A DNA stretch of 64,000 bases from Yuukianura sp. NJ FZ-2021 (Eukaryota): positions 13,206,001 through 13,270,000 of the forward strand of contig CM102286.1 in the NCBI GenBank assembly GCA_046563655.1. The letters are read 5' to 3'. Below are positions 23,601 through 37,300 of this stretch, piece after piece. The notes beneath the pieces are model-generated. The model was not told the DNA's origin and did no database searches. It saw only the letters and a list, made by a program, of their open reading frames with translations. Both the position numbers and the translations under genes were made by a program. Within the stretch, counting starts at the first letter, position 1; every line of letters begins with the position of its first letter.

Positions 23601-26600
23601 GTTCCTTGGGATCCGGGATGATGGGATCAAATTCGTCGTCCTTGGAGGCTTCAAAAATCTAGTACATGTAAAACAAGGTTAACAGATTTTGTATTTTTCA
23701 TTTGAAATGGATTGATTCCATACCTTTACTACCCGGCTCAAATCGGTTGTACAAATTGAAGTTAAATATTCATTTGTCAACTTGAAACTGGATCCTGCGA
23801 TTCTGTCTTCACATGTTGCAAGGAACGGCAAAACGTAATAACGGAAATCAGAGACCAGCGTTTCTTCCGCGGACTGAAATATAAAAAAATGCCAAACACT
23901 CGAACGTTAATCATTCTCTTTCAAAAGAAAACTAATTTACCTTAGAGAGTAGAAGTTTAATCCTTTCAAAATCTGGCAAAGATTCCAGCTTCCCCAGCGT
24001 CATGTCCTCCAACCCAACTTCGTATACCATCGTCTCCAATGTGTGTAAATCTTGGACCAGGGAATGTAACTCCTACAAATACATAAATACAACAATACAA
24101 CTCTGTACAACTTAATTTGACTAGTAACTGTAAAGTATTCGGGCATAATCCTTACCACAACGTTTCGTTCGACTCCAAGGAGGCCAAGATCCAGAGCATA
24201 GTTAATTATGCCGCTGAAACCTTCGATTTCCCTAACTCTTCTATCGTACCACAGATAAACATCTTCGGCTGTAGCTGTTGCGCTGGTATTAGGTTTGAGC
24301 AGGAACTTGATACACCAATCTTCTTCTCTCCGTACAATGTCTTTCCAAAATATCACTTTTCCGTCATCGTCTATTGTCGGCAGAAAATCTCTAGATTTGG
24401 ATAGTTTTAAATCATTTTGACACTACTGAACAATGACCATGTCAACATAGTTAACATAGGGACATTGGAACATATAAAAAGATAGTTAAAGTTAAGTAAG
24501 TGAATACTCACTTGTAATCGTGCGGAGACAATGTCTCTGGAAAATTAGAAATTATGTCGAGGTAGCTCTGAGAAACATCGTCCCAATGCTTGGATAACAG
24601 AATTTGGAGGCCGTTCGTATCACAGTGCTGAGCCATTTCCATGGCGGACTCAATCGTACTCCGGCTTCTTAATTTCCCATAAGCCTTACTATCGTAGCGT
24701 TCCTCAATCATCCTCGGTCCTCCAACGATTTCCTGAGCAAAGTAGTTTTCAAATTAAAAAATTGCTGTAAAAACAATACAAACACATTCATTACTTACTT
24801 CATAAGTGTCAAGGATCTCCATGAAATGCAAAAATCGTTCCCGGTAACGGAGTAGCCGAATCACCTCTGCATTATTTGGGTCGACTAGCGACAAGTATTC
24901 CTCCTTGGCCATATCCAGGTCATCGGGTTTCCAGAAAATAAACTTTCCCTTGTCTTTACCTGAAATGAGAAATGACAATGCAGCCACCACGTTACTTTTT
25001 GTACTTTTGTTAATAATTTTACCTTGACTAATTAAAACTGCGACTGTGATTTCCGTGCCCTTCAATCCAAACTTCAACAGTTCCCTGGCAGCGTCAATTG
25101 TGTCCGGCACACGATCCAGACATTCTTGTAGCACCCAATTGCGTTTGGTAATCTTTGCCTAGAAGAAACGAAAACTTAAAACTGAATTTGAAGTTATTAA
25201 GGTGAATTTTTTGTTGGCAGTTACCAGAAAATCTTTGATGGTGTGAATAGAAACAGGAGTTTTGGTCCATTGTCTCTGATAAACCAAATCTGAATCCAGC
25301 TTGTACAGTTTGGCTAAATCAAGGGCTTCTCCATACTCTTCTTGATCAATCCTGCGGTAGAACAACTCTTGTGGAGTGATATTCCGTAAAGTAAAAATCC
25401 TATGAGTATGTGTCCAACAAGGCAGTTTCTTTTTCCGTTTGCGTGGTGGTCGAAACGTTTCCATATCCGTGAACCAGAATAGCACTTCTTGAGCAGCTGA
25501 CTTTATCCATGATTCGCTATGTTCGGGAACGTCGTAGTTACCTTTAATTCTAACCTCAGCTTCAAGAACGAAGAAACTTTTGTCAAAACGAGAGGACACT
25601 CGTACAGGACTTTCAAACTGTTCCGGCACATCTCCCAGTAAATTCTTAGAAGGACATTCAGTAATTGGAATTAGCGTCACCGAACCATTCGTCCTTGAAA
25701 TAATCAGGCTCTAGAATCAGCAATCAGGAAGTGAGAATGAAGTTAGGAAAAAAGATGCAATAGCGGTTACCTCTTCGTCCCACCAATTGATATCATAAGG
25801 ATGAAAGATAATGTGATCCAATGTACGAAGTTGTGACTGGTTGAATGCGTGTCGCCACCTATAATTAAACCGTGAGTTTGCAGCGTTGTACTGGAACTGT
25901 GATTTGAGTGGCCAGAGATAGCTCAATTTCAATGAAGGAATCTTCCAAATTGAAATTGCTCCAGAAACATGAATCGCTGCCATTTGACTGCCACTAGGAG
26001 AAAGTACCATCTTCATAATTGATTCCTACAGAACATAATTCTCAGTCATCTACCAATGCATTATAAAGTAAGTGTTCAGAGTATAAAGCCAAAGTAAACC
26101 TGTTGCTGCTTTGCTGTTGTCAGTGTGAAGGCCATTTTCCATAGTCTCCTAGCATCCATACGGAATTCGTCCCCGTCCACTGTAAAGAGGATCCGATAGT
26201 ATGGGTAATCGAGAAGAAGCCGCCACGCTGAGACTCCATGCTGGACACTGGGCATCTATTAGTCAATTCATAAATTCCGTAATTCAAACCAAAAAGGAAT
26301 TATAGGCTTATCCGATGAGCAGTATTTACCTCGGTATTAGATTCCTGAAGAAGAGAACCTGTCACAAGAATCAATCCATGCGTGTCCGAATACTGAGCAT
26401 CAGTAACACCAAAGGGGTAGAACTGCCTAAAAGATCCTTCATGGTGGAACTTCATTTCATCTGGATTTGTTTGCCTGAAGGATTTCACAATTCCACGTTT
26501 GTCAACAGTTATCAATTCACTGCAACTAGAAACAGGACAAAGAATAAGCAACCCATGTGACTATGTTAAATCCTACAACAGATAAACAGCGACAACTTTA

Positions 26601-27410
26601 GCACTTACTAAATCGTTTTCTTCAGCCTCTCTTCTACAAAGAACATTCCCACCAAAGCTTTCTCAATTGAAAACACTAGCTTAGAAGGCTCTTCTTCCAT
26701 TGGTCCTTCGGCATCGAATCTTCGAACCGAGAACATTTGGGAGGCCATTATATCGAAACAAACAATGAGCCCGTTTGTAAAAGAGACTGCCAACAAAGAA
26801 GAATCCCTGGACCAAGCAAGTCGTCGGAAGTTCAGGAACTCATCGTGTATAACTGTTAAACAAAACATTCATTGTCGGATCTCGTTTATCAACAGGAATA
26901 AGAGTTGGCAATGAAAAAATCTGTAACGAACCATGCGTTTTTCCAAGTACGGAGCAAAAATTATCCCTGGATGATCTTGTTTCCAAGATGGTGTCTTGTA
27001 GGACTGCAATAATCTTTCCATCTGAAGCTACTGCATACTGCCAAGACGGTCCAGCCGACTTTATCCTGCGAAATGGAATGTACTATGTACAATACTCCTG
27101 TATTCCAAAAAATCCGTATATGCTTACCATAGCGCTGTTTCCGCTTTGGTCAAAGGCTTATTTCGAAATAAACTGGTTGGGTTCAAGTACGATAGTACTC
27201 CAGATTCGCAACTTGCAAGCGACGGAAATGGACTTGCTTCCTGAAACAACAGTAAGATTCGGCAATTTTATCATCCCAAGCTTAGTACAGGGTCTGTATG
27301 AATGAACAATTAATCGATTAAAAATAAGAATACATGAACAGTACCTCTTTATCTTCAATCCATTCAGCGCAGCATACAAGTTCGTACAGAATTGCATCCT
27401 CGTCCTCCAT
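20654..27410 (-). CDS. NBAS: Neuroblastoma-amplified sequence (NBAS/Sec39), about 20 exons, large intron 21718-23122
   Basis: Start MEDEDAILYELV. Also WQYAVASDGKIIAVLQDTILETRSSRDNF, RRLAWSRD, ITPQELFYRRIDQEEYGEALDLAKLYKLDSDLVYQRQW, LQECLDRVP, IISNFPETLSPHDY and WYDRRVREIE. Internal boundaries only partly resolved. Confidence 0.92.
21798..22427 (-). CDS. PPCDC: Phosphopantothenoylcysteine decarboxylase (HFCD flavoprotein), intronless, nested in an NBAS intron
   Basis: VLLGVTASVAAIK, catalytic His in VLHIDLAKWAD, APLDANTLGK, PAMNTKMW, and catalytic Cys motif KTLICGDVGIGAM. Confidence 0.96.
   Translation of the reverse strand: MEASEDVGSSSASTPATPNLRKVLLGVTASVAAIKVQEIVQRLASTGHVSEIRVVPTETSLKFFNVAEITSSHPVPVKVFRDADEWSMWNGRGDPVLHIDLAKWADIMILAPLDANTLGKISNGLCDNLLTCVIRAWDLKAKKPFIFCPAMNTKMWEHPLTSEQVNRLISFGYQYVPPVTKTLICGDVGIGAMAIVDTIIEAFLSHCTM
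22599..22868 (-). CDS. COX19: Cytochrome c oxidase assembly factor COX19 (twin CX9C), intronless, 89 aa, nested in an NBAS intron
   Basis: MSSMTFGQKQFTPTPPDKGSFPLD, twin CX9C, QCRMDHGLMAKEDWDKLGY. The ATG is at 22868; the ORF track start at 22898 is TTG. Confidence 0.95.
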   Translation of the reverse strand: MSSMTFGQKQFTPTPPDKGSFPLDRTGVCQKFMVSYMTCLNSNNYVNEKCRVEAQQYFQCRMDHGLMAKEDWDKLGYTSSDDTAKASKN

Positions 27411-30400
27411 TTTCAGTTATTCCTCGAAACAGCTGGAATGTGGTGTTTAGCTTCCTACACTATAGTTACTTTGGCTTTCCGGCATAAATAGTTGCTCAAA
27501 GATAATAAACTGGAATTAATTATTAATTCACCTAATTAATATTGATTAATATTAATAGTTTTTTATGTTTATCGGTTTTATCTCTCTCGTCAGCTGTCAG
27601 CAGAAGATTTTCCCGCCGTTCGTTGTGTTTACACTTTCACTTCAAATTCAAATTAGCACATCACGCTAGATGACGCGGCAAGCCAAGGGCGTTTCGCAAA
27701 ACTAACATTTAAGTGGTAAAACTGATCTATACTAATTAATTTAACTCTATTTAACTTAAACGTAAACCAATTATACCCAAATTTATCAAAAATCAGTCAC
27801 TTAAAGGTTATTCCGCTTTTGCCTGTAAGTATTTCAAGCAAACTTGGCTTGTTAACGCCTGAAACGATTGTGGCAAACTAAAAAAAAGCTTAGAAAATGT
27901 GATTTGTTCTAAAAATCTTCAATGGTTAGTAGATTATCAAGAAAGAAACTATTTTTTGAAAGACAGAAGATGATTTGAGGGGAAAGTGTAGCTGTTCTAT
28001 GTTCAAATGGGACAGAAAAGGAAATTCCACTTGAAAGTGAAAGTTTGAAGGAGTTGAGAACAGACCGAGACGAAGAAAGTTCATCTTCCGAAACTTCAAA
28101 TTTTGAATTCCACAAAAGCATGTGGCCTTTCAGACACTTCTGGATGTTGTTACTGCCTCCAATGTCACCTCTCGTGTCACCTTTCCAATGTTCTCAAAAC
28201 TTCCAGAACAAAGTCCTTAATAACAATTAAATGGAAAGTCAAAGTCAAGAGATGAGCAGCACTGAAGCACGGAACTTTTGTCTCCCACCGGAAATCACCA
28301 ACGCAGTTTCCTGTACAGCCGAATTTCAGAAATTCTACAAATCCTACATTGACCTCTGACATTTCACAGCAAAAACTTGGTTCTCCCTCTCTTTCTGCTT
28401 ATCAAGAATGCAATTACTTCTAAAAACTGGCTACTCAATTCATATTTTATCGGGGTTATGTCTTGTTTTGGCCTAAAATGGCCTGACCTTTACCAAAAAA
28501 TCAACATCGTAACTCCGTCAACCAAATCACATAGAAAAACGCATTTGAAAACTTATTTTGGAATAAAAATAGGAAGTGAAAGGGGAGTTCCTGAGGAAGG
28601 GAGACAAGAAAGGGTGCAAGTCGCCATGAAGTTGTTCATTCCATTGGGGAAAGCATGAAACCTGATTCACAAAACAGTCGAACCAGACTGCGGAACTTTA
28701 CCAAACTTTTGTTATACAAAACCATAGTGGAATTGTTGTTTTTCGTTTTTATCCAAAAGTAATGTCAAAAAACGAAAACTCAGCGCGCGCAACAAACAAA
28801 AATGAGGAAATCAAGTTCTGTCTATGGTAGTACTACAGTGAAAACCGAAAAAAGGATTTTACCATTGAGGCGAAAATGAGACAATAAAGATAGAGATCGC
28901 TGTAAGGAAAGAGGACAAAAGAATTTCCAAGAATTTCTAGGCAACAGTCCCCCGACAACATCCGAAATATAAGTTGCTACGCTGCAACAACACCAAAAGA
29001 AGTCTTCAAAAAAAACTCAAGATTTCAAAAAAGTCGAATTTTTTAAAGTTATACAGTTTCCAAAATTTTCAAATTGAGTGGAATCAACTAACGATGTGAA
29101 GACATGCTTTCACAAAGGATTTCATTTTCAAAAAGCTTCCTGATCTCTGAATTTTTGCATCACATCAACATCAGCGTAGATTGTCGTCGCTGATCTACAT
29201 TTCCAGGAAATCATTTTACTTCTCTGGATGACTTCTGGAAATGTTTTCATGTTCAAATGTTCCCGCTCTGTTTTTTTCTAAATTCAAACGAGGAAACATT
29301 TATGCTTGTTTGTTCCGCAGCCAAAACTTGTTTTTAGCTTCTTATTTATGATCTTTATGAAAAAAGAAGCTTCTTTTAGCTTCCTTTTGTCAAGTACTGT
29401 TCCCGCACTACTTAAAAAAATGGAAATAATTCTCAGCGTTTTGTTTGTTAAGTTGAAAGCACGACCAAAAACTATGAAAATGCTGCCTTATAATTTCTTA
29501 TCCTCAGAAGATCTTCATCATTTTAAAAAGAGAAAACTATTCTTTTCACTGTATGTTGTGACTCACACTGTCGCTTAATATCTGTGATAAATGCTATCCG
29601 AAAAGTGTTTCTCCAAGTCCCTATCTTCTGGAAAACAAGAAAAATAAGCTCAGACAATAATAAATAGGCAACAAGATCTGGAGAAATCTCAAGAAATGGC
29701 GACAGACCCAAACCCGCTTTTCACATTTCACTTCACTGGAAAAAACAGAGACTTGTGCTTGAAACTGAAGGATAAGCATAAGCTAAGTGGACGGTCGAGC
29801 GACATTTTTGGATCCAAAAAACACTCAAATTCATTTTTATAAGTTTTGGCTTCTGTTCAAAATCTCAAAAACCAAAAAAATCTTGGAGGGATTTCGCTAG
29901 GAAGCCGCCATGCTTTCACAATTTTGCTATAATTCCTTGAAATATTAGTTTCCTTGTTTAATTAAAAGATTCCAGTTTCCAGTTTCTGAAATTCACTTGA
30001 AATTTTGTTTTCTCATAAAAAACAAAACTACAAGTTATAAACAAAGTGCCTATTTTAACCAGAACGACAAAAATTTTTTTCGATCAATCATAGTCTAGCA
30101 AACCTCAAACGCTGTTCAACTAATAACCAATTTAAAAAATCACAACCAAAATAAGATCAGCGAACGAAATCCTGTTCCGTTAATCTGGAAATCCCAGAAA
30201 ACCGTGAACTTCTAAAATCAAAATTTCAGAAAAAAAGGTCTTAATACCAAAAAAATTCTGCTCAAGTGCGAGACCCATTAGTGCAAAAGCATAGAAGTGT
30301 TAGGAAAGGAAGTTGTGAAGATAATAGAAGGATTCTAGTGCTAAGTTTACACATGATCAGGGAGCTTACGGTTAGAAGCCTTATATTAAACCCTAATAAA

Positions 30401-31301
30401 AAGAGGGTTGAGAAACCCACCCGAAAAACCAAGAAGAAGAAGTTCGGCCAGGGAAAAGTTGATGGAGATCAAGGGGACTTTCAAGCCTTTCTTTCCCCAA
30501 CTTTCTCCTTGCACCAAACTTGGATCTTTCTGGAGCATTGTCTCCCTTCATTCCTCCAGTTCCAGTCCCACTGCATTAGAACTAACCTAAAGCTGCCCAG
30601 CAGCCTCGTTCCCATTCACTTTTAGGAAGTTCTGGAAGGGAGCCACTACGAGATAGACAGGGAAGCTTTGTTAGGGTGGTGCGTGTAGCCGCTGGAAAAG
30701 AACTTCTGTGGGTTTTTCTAGCAGAGAGACATTTTCCAGAACTAGCTTTCAGTTGTGTGTCAGAGCTAGATCTTTCCAGTTAACTTGAAAAAATTCAGGC
30801 AAAAGAAATAAGTTAATTGACATGAAATATCGTTTCACTTTTTCAACTAACCACTAACACCTTCCATCATCTTCAATTTTAAACTTTCACCGCTAAAAAA
30901 AGCAGCAGAAGAGACAAATTGTTTGAAAAGTTTAAAAAAACCTTTTCATCCCCCGCACAAGACTTTTGAAAAGTCAAGTTGTGGTGAAGAGGGTTGGATA
31001 AACACGACAAGCCACAAACATTTCTGGACATTTTCCCCAAGAAAAGTTTAAGAAGTTGCCATTCCGTTGTCGTCAGTTGGTTAATGCAGTTGCACCAAAA
31101 AAGTTTCAAAACAAAGTGAAAAGACCCGCCACTGTCGTCCAGAAAGTAGCGTTTAGAAAAGTCAGTGTCATAAGAACAAAATTGCCTCAAAACGGAAAAC
31201 TTTTGCGGTGAGACACTGTAAGTGGCGGACGTCGCTTATTTTAAGTTTGTCAATCAACCAAAAAGAGGCTGCCGCAGAAGCAGAGCAGGGGTGAGAAGAA
31301 A

Positions 31302-34300
31302 ATGGTGGCGAAAGACAAGTGTCGTCCCCTTGGACAGATCATTTATGTTGTCATAACCTTCCTACTTGTCAACATTTGCTGTGGTAAGCTCAATTATTAA
31401 CCTAACCTAAACAATTTTAGCCTAACGTAAACAATTTTTAACCTAACGTAAACAATTACCAACCTAAAACGAGAAAAAAAATCGAATTAGACAAATCAAA
31501 GGACAAAACTAATCCGGTTACGAAACGATTACTGCAAAAATTTAAATACCGGACCTACATCACAACTTGGCAAAAATATTTCAGTAAAACTACAAAATTT
31601 TGAAAAATTACAGCGGCAGTTTTGTTATGATATTTTTGCCTTTTTGTTTTTAACTTCTGAGAAGATACTTTCTTTTTTCGTCGTTTGAAATGCTGTCTCT
31701 GGAGATGTAAATACTTAAACTGCATCTTTATCGGCTCATCTTTTGGTAGTTGGGCTTTTCGACTGTGGATTTAAGTTGAAAGAGGAATTCCTGTTCCTTT
31801 TTTCCTGTTTGAGCCCATAAATAAAAGTGTGTGATGTTAATGTAATGGAGAAAGTCCAAAGGATTTCCTTTGCTTAGGAGAGAGACTCCCTCTTGAACTT
31901 GTTCCGCTTTCACCCGCCTTGACTGAGCAGAGCAAGTAATTACACGCCATGTTAAATTCTGGATTTATTTCTCACCAATCCCACTTTTCGCCTAACAGAA
32001 CTTTGGATAAAACTAAACCGATTTCTTTTCCACCAAAACTCAGCAAAAACGAAACTCAGGAATTTTTGAAACAACGGCATCAGTATAGTTTTAGTTCCAA
32101 GGAAAAAACTTAAAACAACAATATCAAATCATCTCAAAATTGTTAGTTTTCATCAGGATTGTTTTCTTTTCAACTGAATTTCGAAATTTTAAAACACTTT
32201 TTATAGTGTCTAGTAACCGAAACCGCCCATGATGAAAACTGAAAAGATGTCAACTGTAGAGAAAGTTCTAAAAAACGTAAAAGTGAAAGTCTTTCCAATT
32301 TTTGTCCAAAAGTGATTGGTCGTTTTTCGTGACTCTCGTAAGGAATAAGTTTCCGATGCTCCTGAAAATACGCGGGTAACTCAGAGAAATAAAATATCCA
32401 AAGTCCAGATGTCCCTTCTCTTGGCCTGTATTTTTCATTTCTGAAAATATGTTTCCCTGGGGTATTTTCTCCCACTTGCCCCGTCTGTTTTTACCATTCA
32501 AATTGTGAAGAGGCACTTGGCTCTCTCCTTCTTCAGTTCAAAAGTGCGTCAGGAGTTTACAAGTTTACCGGCACCAGGAAATGGACGGAAAAATATGAAG
32601 ATCATCAATTTTTCTTTTATACTTTCCTCTCCCATCTTCCCTTGGAAGTCAAAGCCTAACCTAATAGAGATCCAGCTCTGGTTCGACTGCTGGGTGACTA
32701 ACAGCTCAGATCAAATCCTTGTTAATCAAAGTTCTCTCTCCCTCCTTGTCAAAAACGGTCCAAATTAAAGTGTTTCTGGACTCAAGTTAGTTCCCTAACG
32801 AACTTTTGATTGAAAGGCGTCAAAAGAAGTTCACTCTTCCTGAATCTCAGTCAGCAAGCTGTAATGCCCAGCATGCTCAACAAAGATTTCAAATAGTGGA
32901 TATCCCTTCAACCAAATCAGAAAATAAACACATCAAGTTGTATCTCAAGTTCCATTTATCCTCAAAACAGAAACAAATTCAACCGAATTTCAACAAAATT
33001 TAGATCAGAAACAAATTCACATTTGAAATCAATCTGCTAGAACAATTACAGTAGAACTGTACAATTTTAACTTAAATTCTCAAATTAGTAACTTAACTAA
33101 AGCAGTTAAAGTTAAATAAAAGTTACTAAACTGCATCAGGTAGTCCTACTCCTACCCTACCAAATCATGTTTACAGTTTGACGGATGTGGTTTTTTAAAA
33201 CCCATTTTAAAAAAAAATATAACTTAATTTGTGGGTTTTGAATTTTTTTTTGTAAAGTCAGTATGATTGCAAAAATTCCGCGGCATGTTAAACTCTACCA
33301 GAAAAAATGAAAGAAACATCGCTAAATATAAGCACTTTGAAAAAAAAAAACATTATTGTTTTTCTTCTTGGGGATAAAAAGCTGAATTCTTTTCAATGTT
33401 GTTAGTAAAATTTAACTGTATTGAAGCCGCTTTCACGCTTATAGTTTTATTGTTTCAATAAAACTAATGTTTCCTCGGTCAATTTCCTCCAAAACTGTAT
33501 CAGTAAGTCGAAAGTTCGCAAAAACTGAGTTTTGTGCAATTTCTAGTTTTCAGAAAAGTGGAAATATTTTTTTGAAAAGCCAGAGTCCCATTTTGAAAAA
33601 TAGGAGGAAAGTAGAGTAGAGTCGTTTTCACTTGGTTTTTGGTGTTACAGCCAGAGGCAAAACGCCTAATAAACTCCACTAGCACTTTCCCCTCTCTACA
33701 CTGTACTTTCATCATCCAGAATTTCCAGAGCTAGAAAAAGAGTACTTTTTCTGGACTATTTCAAATGCAGTATTTTTTCCCGCCAGTTGAATTTCCTCTG
33801 CATCACATACTACGATCAACTTAAGCCCCTTGGATTTCCTTCCTTTCACCAACTTAGTAACAAGAATTTCCGGGGATTCTAACCCTAACTTCTTTACAAA
33901 AATCAGCAGCTAACTACATTTCCCAAAAAATTTCCAAAATTTTTGCAAAAATTTTCTCTGGAATTCTTTTTTAAGATAACGTTTGTGTAAGTTTACAGAA
34001 AAATTAGGTTCTGAGTTTTCTCCAGACTTATAAGTGGATAAGCTATTTCTCGTTTTTCGTTTCTCCGCTTTTCTTGTTCTACAAATTCTATCAAAAGTGC
34101 AAGAAATTACATCTTTGTTTCGTTGATTGTAACAAGATCGTTTGGCATTAGTTACAAAACCATCAACCTAAGTAGGGTGAAGTGGAAAAAAGTGCGTCCC
34201 ATTTCAGAAAATTTATTAGGCAATAAATTCAAAAATTAAGACGTAGTTAGATCCGACACTTTCACTAATGTTTTTGATTCTGCTGGCGGCACTTTCTTTT

Positions 34301-37300
34301 TCAAACGGCAAGGAATGAAAACTAAGTTATAGCAATAAATGCTGCTGGGCTCAATGGTTTCTAGAACTTCATAGTTTTTGAAAAGAACTAATTTGGGAAA
34401 AGTGAGAACGATTTGGTTCATTTTTGAGTATACTCATGATACAGTTGGTTATTTGGTATCATTGCAACACTAAATTTCAATTAAGTTCTGATTTCCACTT
34501 TCACCAAACCACTTTCCCCTGCAACTCTGTTGAGAAACAAGCAACTGTTTCCCTGGAAGCCAGAAAGCTTCAAGGAGAAAGCAGAAGTTGATTAAATGCA
34601 AATGTGTGGTTGGAGGGAAGATACCTTAAATTTCTCCATCATTTCAACAACAGAGGCAAAAGTTGAAAATGTTGAGGGGGAGAATTCTATGAATAATAGT
34701 TTCAAATTTTGTAAATTTTTTGACAAATTGAAAAACCGTGTTCGATTTTCCACCCTTACAAATCCCGGTTTTGGAAGAGTTAAGCTTATTCAAAATCTAT
34801 GAAAAAATATGTAACAAAAACAATATGTAAAATTTCGAGAAAAATTTCTCGACGTTTTCCAACAACTGCAATTAAGTTGTAATTTTTTGGATTTCCAATT
34901 TATACTTTTATTTTTAACTTTAGTGCGTCATTGTGAATGACGTAATGACAACCTTGGTTTCGCAGTAAAAAAAAAACATTTTGAAAGCTTCACATTACGA
35001 CCTTTTGTTAACGCCACTAACCTGCGTCAATACATGTATTGTCTGTATTCAAAAATTCGAAAGTTATAATTTTCGAAATTAGTCATTCTCTAAGTCCAGC
35101 GTTGTAAACAATTATCGGATTTCCAAAACTATTTACACTTGATTTTTTCAAAACTAATCTAACCTCACCAATACATACCAAAATGAACAGAAAATTTACC
35201 ATATTTCTACAATTCCTCGTACTTGGATTAGCCTTTGGAGGTAAAGTGATGGACGAATACGAAGCGATTGTCAAAATTTATGAATCTAAAGGGACGCTCA
35301 ACTATGGCGAAAAGTGTAACTACGATGATCAGCGGAAACACGTTGAACTGGAAAAAACCCTGCACCAGAAATTGGTCAATCTGACAACAAACGAAACTCT
35401 AACTGAAATTGTTCGAGCCTTTGAAAAATTTACAAAATCCGTTACTTTACCACTCTGCAACTTCAACGCCTACTTGCAATGTAACAGAGCTACCAACACA
35501 TGCGACTGTTTCGTCCCTTCAGAATCTGGAATTCCTCTGAACACTACTACTACTGTTGTCAAGGCCAACGGCACCAACACTTGTGAACTCACTGCTGGGT
35601 CAACTTGTGACCCCGCGAGGTCAGCATCCGTCAAATGCGCAGGCCCTTCCATTTGCAGAATTGCTGAAAATGTTAAAGAGGAATGCAACATTCGAACTGC
35701 GATGATCATCATGTTAAACAAGTTCCCGAATTATGACGACGTTACTCTCCTCCGTATTGGATACAACTCATTGATTGGTGGAATGTGCAAATGCATAACC
35801 ATAGCACAGTAATATCACAGTGTACAACATATTTTTAAAAAATGTTACAAAAATGAAAATAAAAAAGTAAAGATAGACCAAAACCAATTTTTACAATTAT
35901 GTGTTTTCAAAATTGACTCTTGGCATGGCCAATTTTTTTTTAAATTACTAAATTCGCGTTTTTGAAATACAGATATATGTGAGGGTAGGTTTTCATTATT
36001 TGATGAATGAAAATTCGTATTAAATCCCTGGGATTAGCTGCATTAGCACTTGAGTAGACATTAGTTAGACATTCACCCAAGTTAAACATTTGTTCCGGTC
36101 GGTAAGGTTTCCTAAAAGCACCAAACCAAAATCGATCCGCATCTTTTGCAAAGAAATGAAACAAAAACGAAACGCAGCGCTCAGGAGGAGCAGAAACTCC
36201 TAATTTGAAACTGGGCTGGTGTAGTCTTTATAGTCTAAAATTACAAGTTTCGTTTTTAGCGGGTGACTATTGATTCACAATTTGTTTTTGTTTTATTTAA
36301 CAGGTAGGAGGGCTAGAAACTCTGACAATTTAGAAGACTTTGATATTGGTAAGTCAATTTCTAACATTACTCATGTGAATTATTACACAATTTATGAAAA
36401 ATGAAAACCAAAAGTTCATAATTTACTGCAACTCATCAATAAGTATTACTTTCTCTGAGAAAAAAGGTAAGAAAAACGGGAAAACTGAAAAAAATGAAAG
36501 AGAAAGTGCGTTCTCGAGTGCAGTTTGAAAAATAATTACCCCGTAACTAGTGCAGAAAATTCAAATCAAATAGACCCGCCGAAAAATATCGACCACAAAC
36601 TTGTCAATGACTAATATAAAATATCCTAAATGCAGAATTTCAGATACTCGGAGAAGTTCAAAAAACGATCTATACTATACAACACTTTTGCTCTTGGATA
36701 CAAAAGCCAAGCTTTCTCTACGCGATGCGTTTAAAATGCTTTGCACTCACTTTTAAAATTTTGGTTTGTATGCCTATCATTAGCTTTTATAAATAACCGC
36801 CCAATTTGTGTTCCTTTCGTCATAAAACTTTTACTCAAATGACACGTTACTTGTTAACTACTAATTGTAGCACATCGTTTCAGTTTTAGTTTCAACTGTA
36901 TACTTTGGATGGTTCAAACAAAATTTACAAAGGCGGGAAATTTCAAATTTTTATGAAGTAGTTTTGAACGCATCGAAAAGTGTTATTGAACATTGAACCT
37001 TTTGTTTTCTCCAAAGTATTTTCTTTGTTTAGCTTTAAATCTGTCGCTTGTCTTAATGCTCCTGCAACTTTCTTTTCACCCTCTCCTTCCCCTAACTTGG
37101 TTTCCTTATTAGAGATTCCGGAAGCATGAGAGGAAATGGCTTATGTAGATTGAAAGAAAATATGAGCCGAGGTTTTGGAAATGGTTTTCCCGCCAAAGTG
37201 AGGTGGGTCATATTGATGAGGAGAAATGGGCTGTAAGAAGATGACACGATCCCACCACCACGTCCCACGTTAGGCCCCACCATCCTACCACCAAGGAAAA

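Noticed and set aside
27900..31200. Short ORFs between NBAS and the DIP gene
   Set aside because: No homology cues or coherent splice structure; probably regulatory or 5' UTR sequence.
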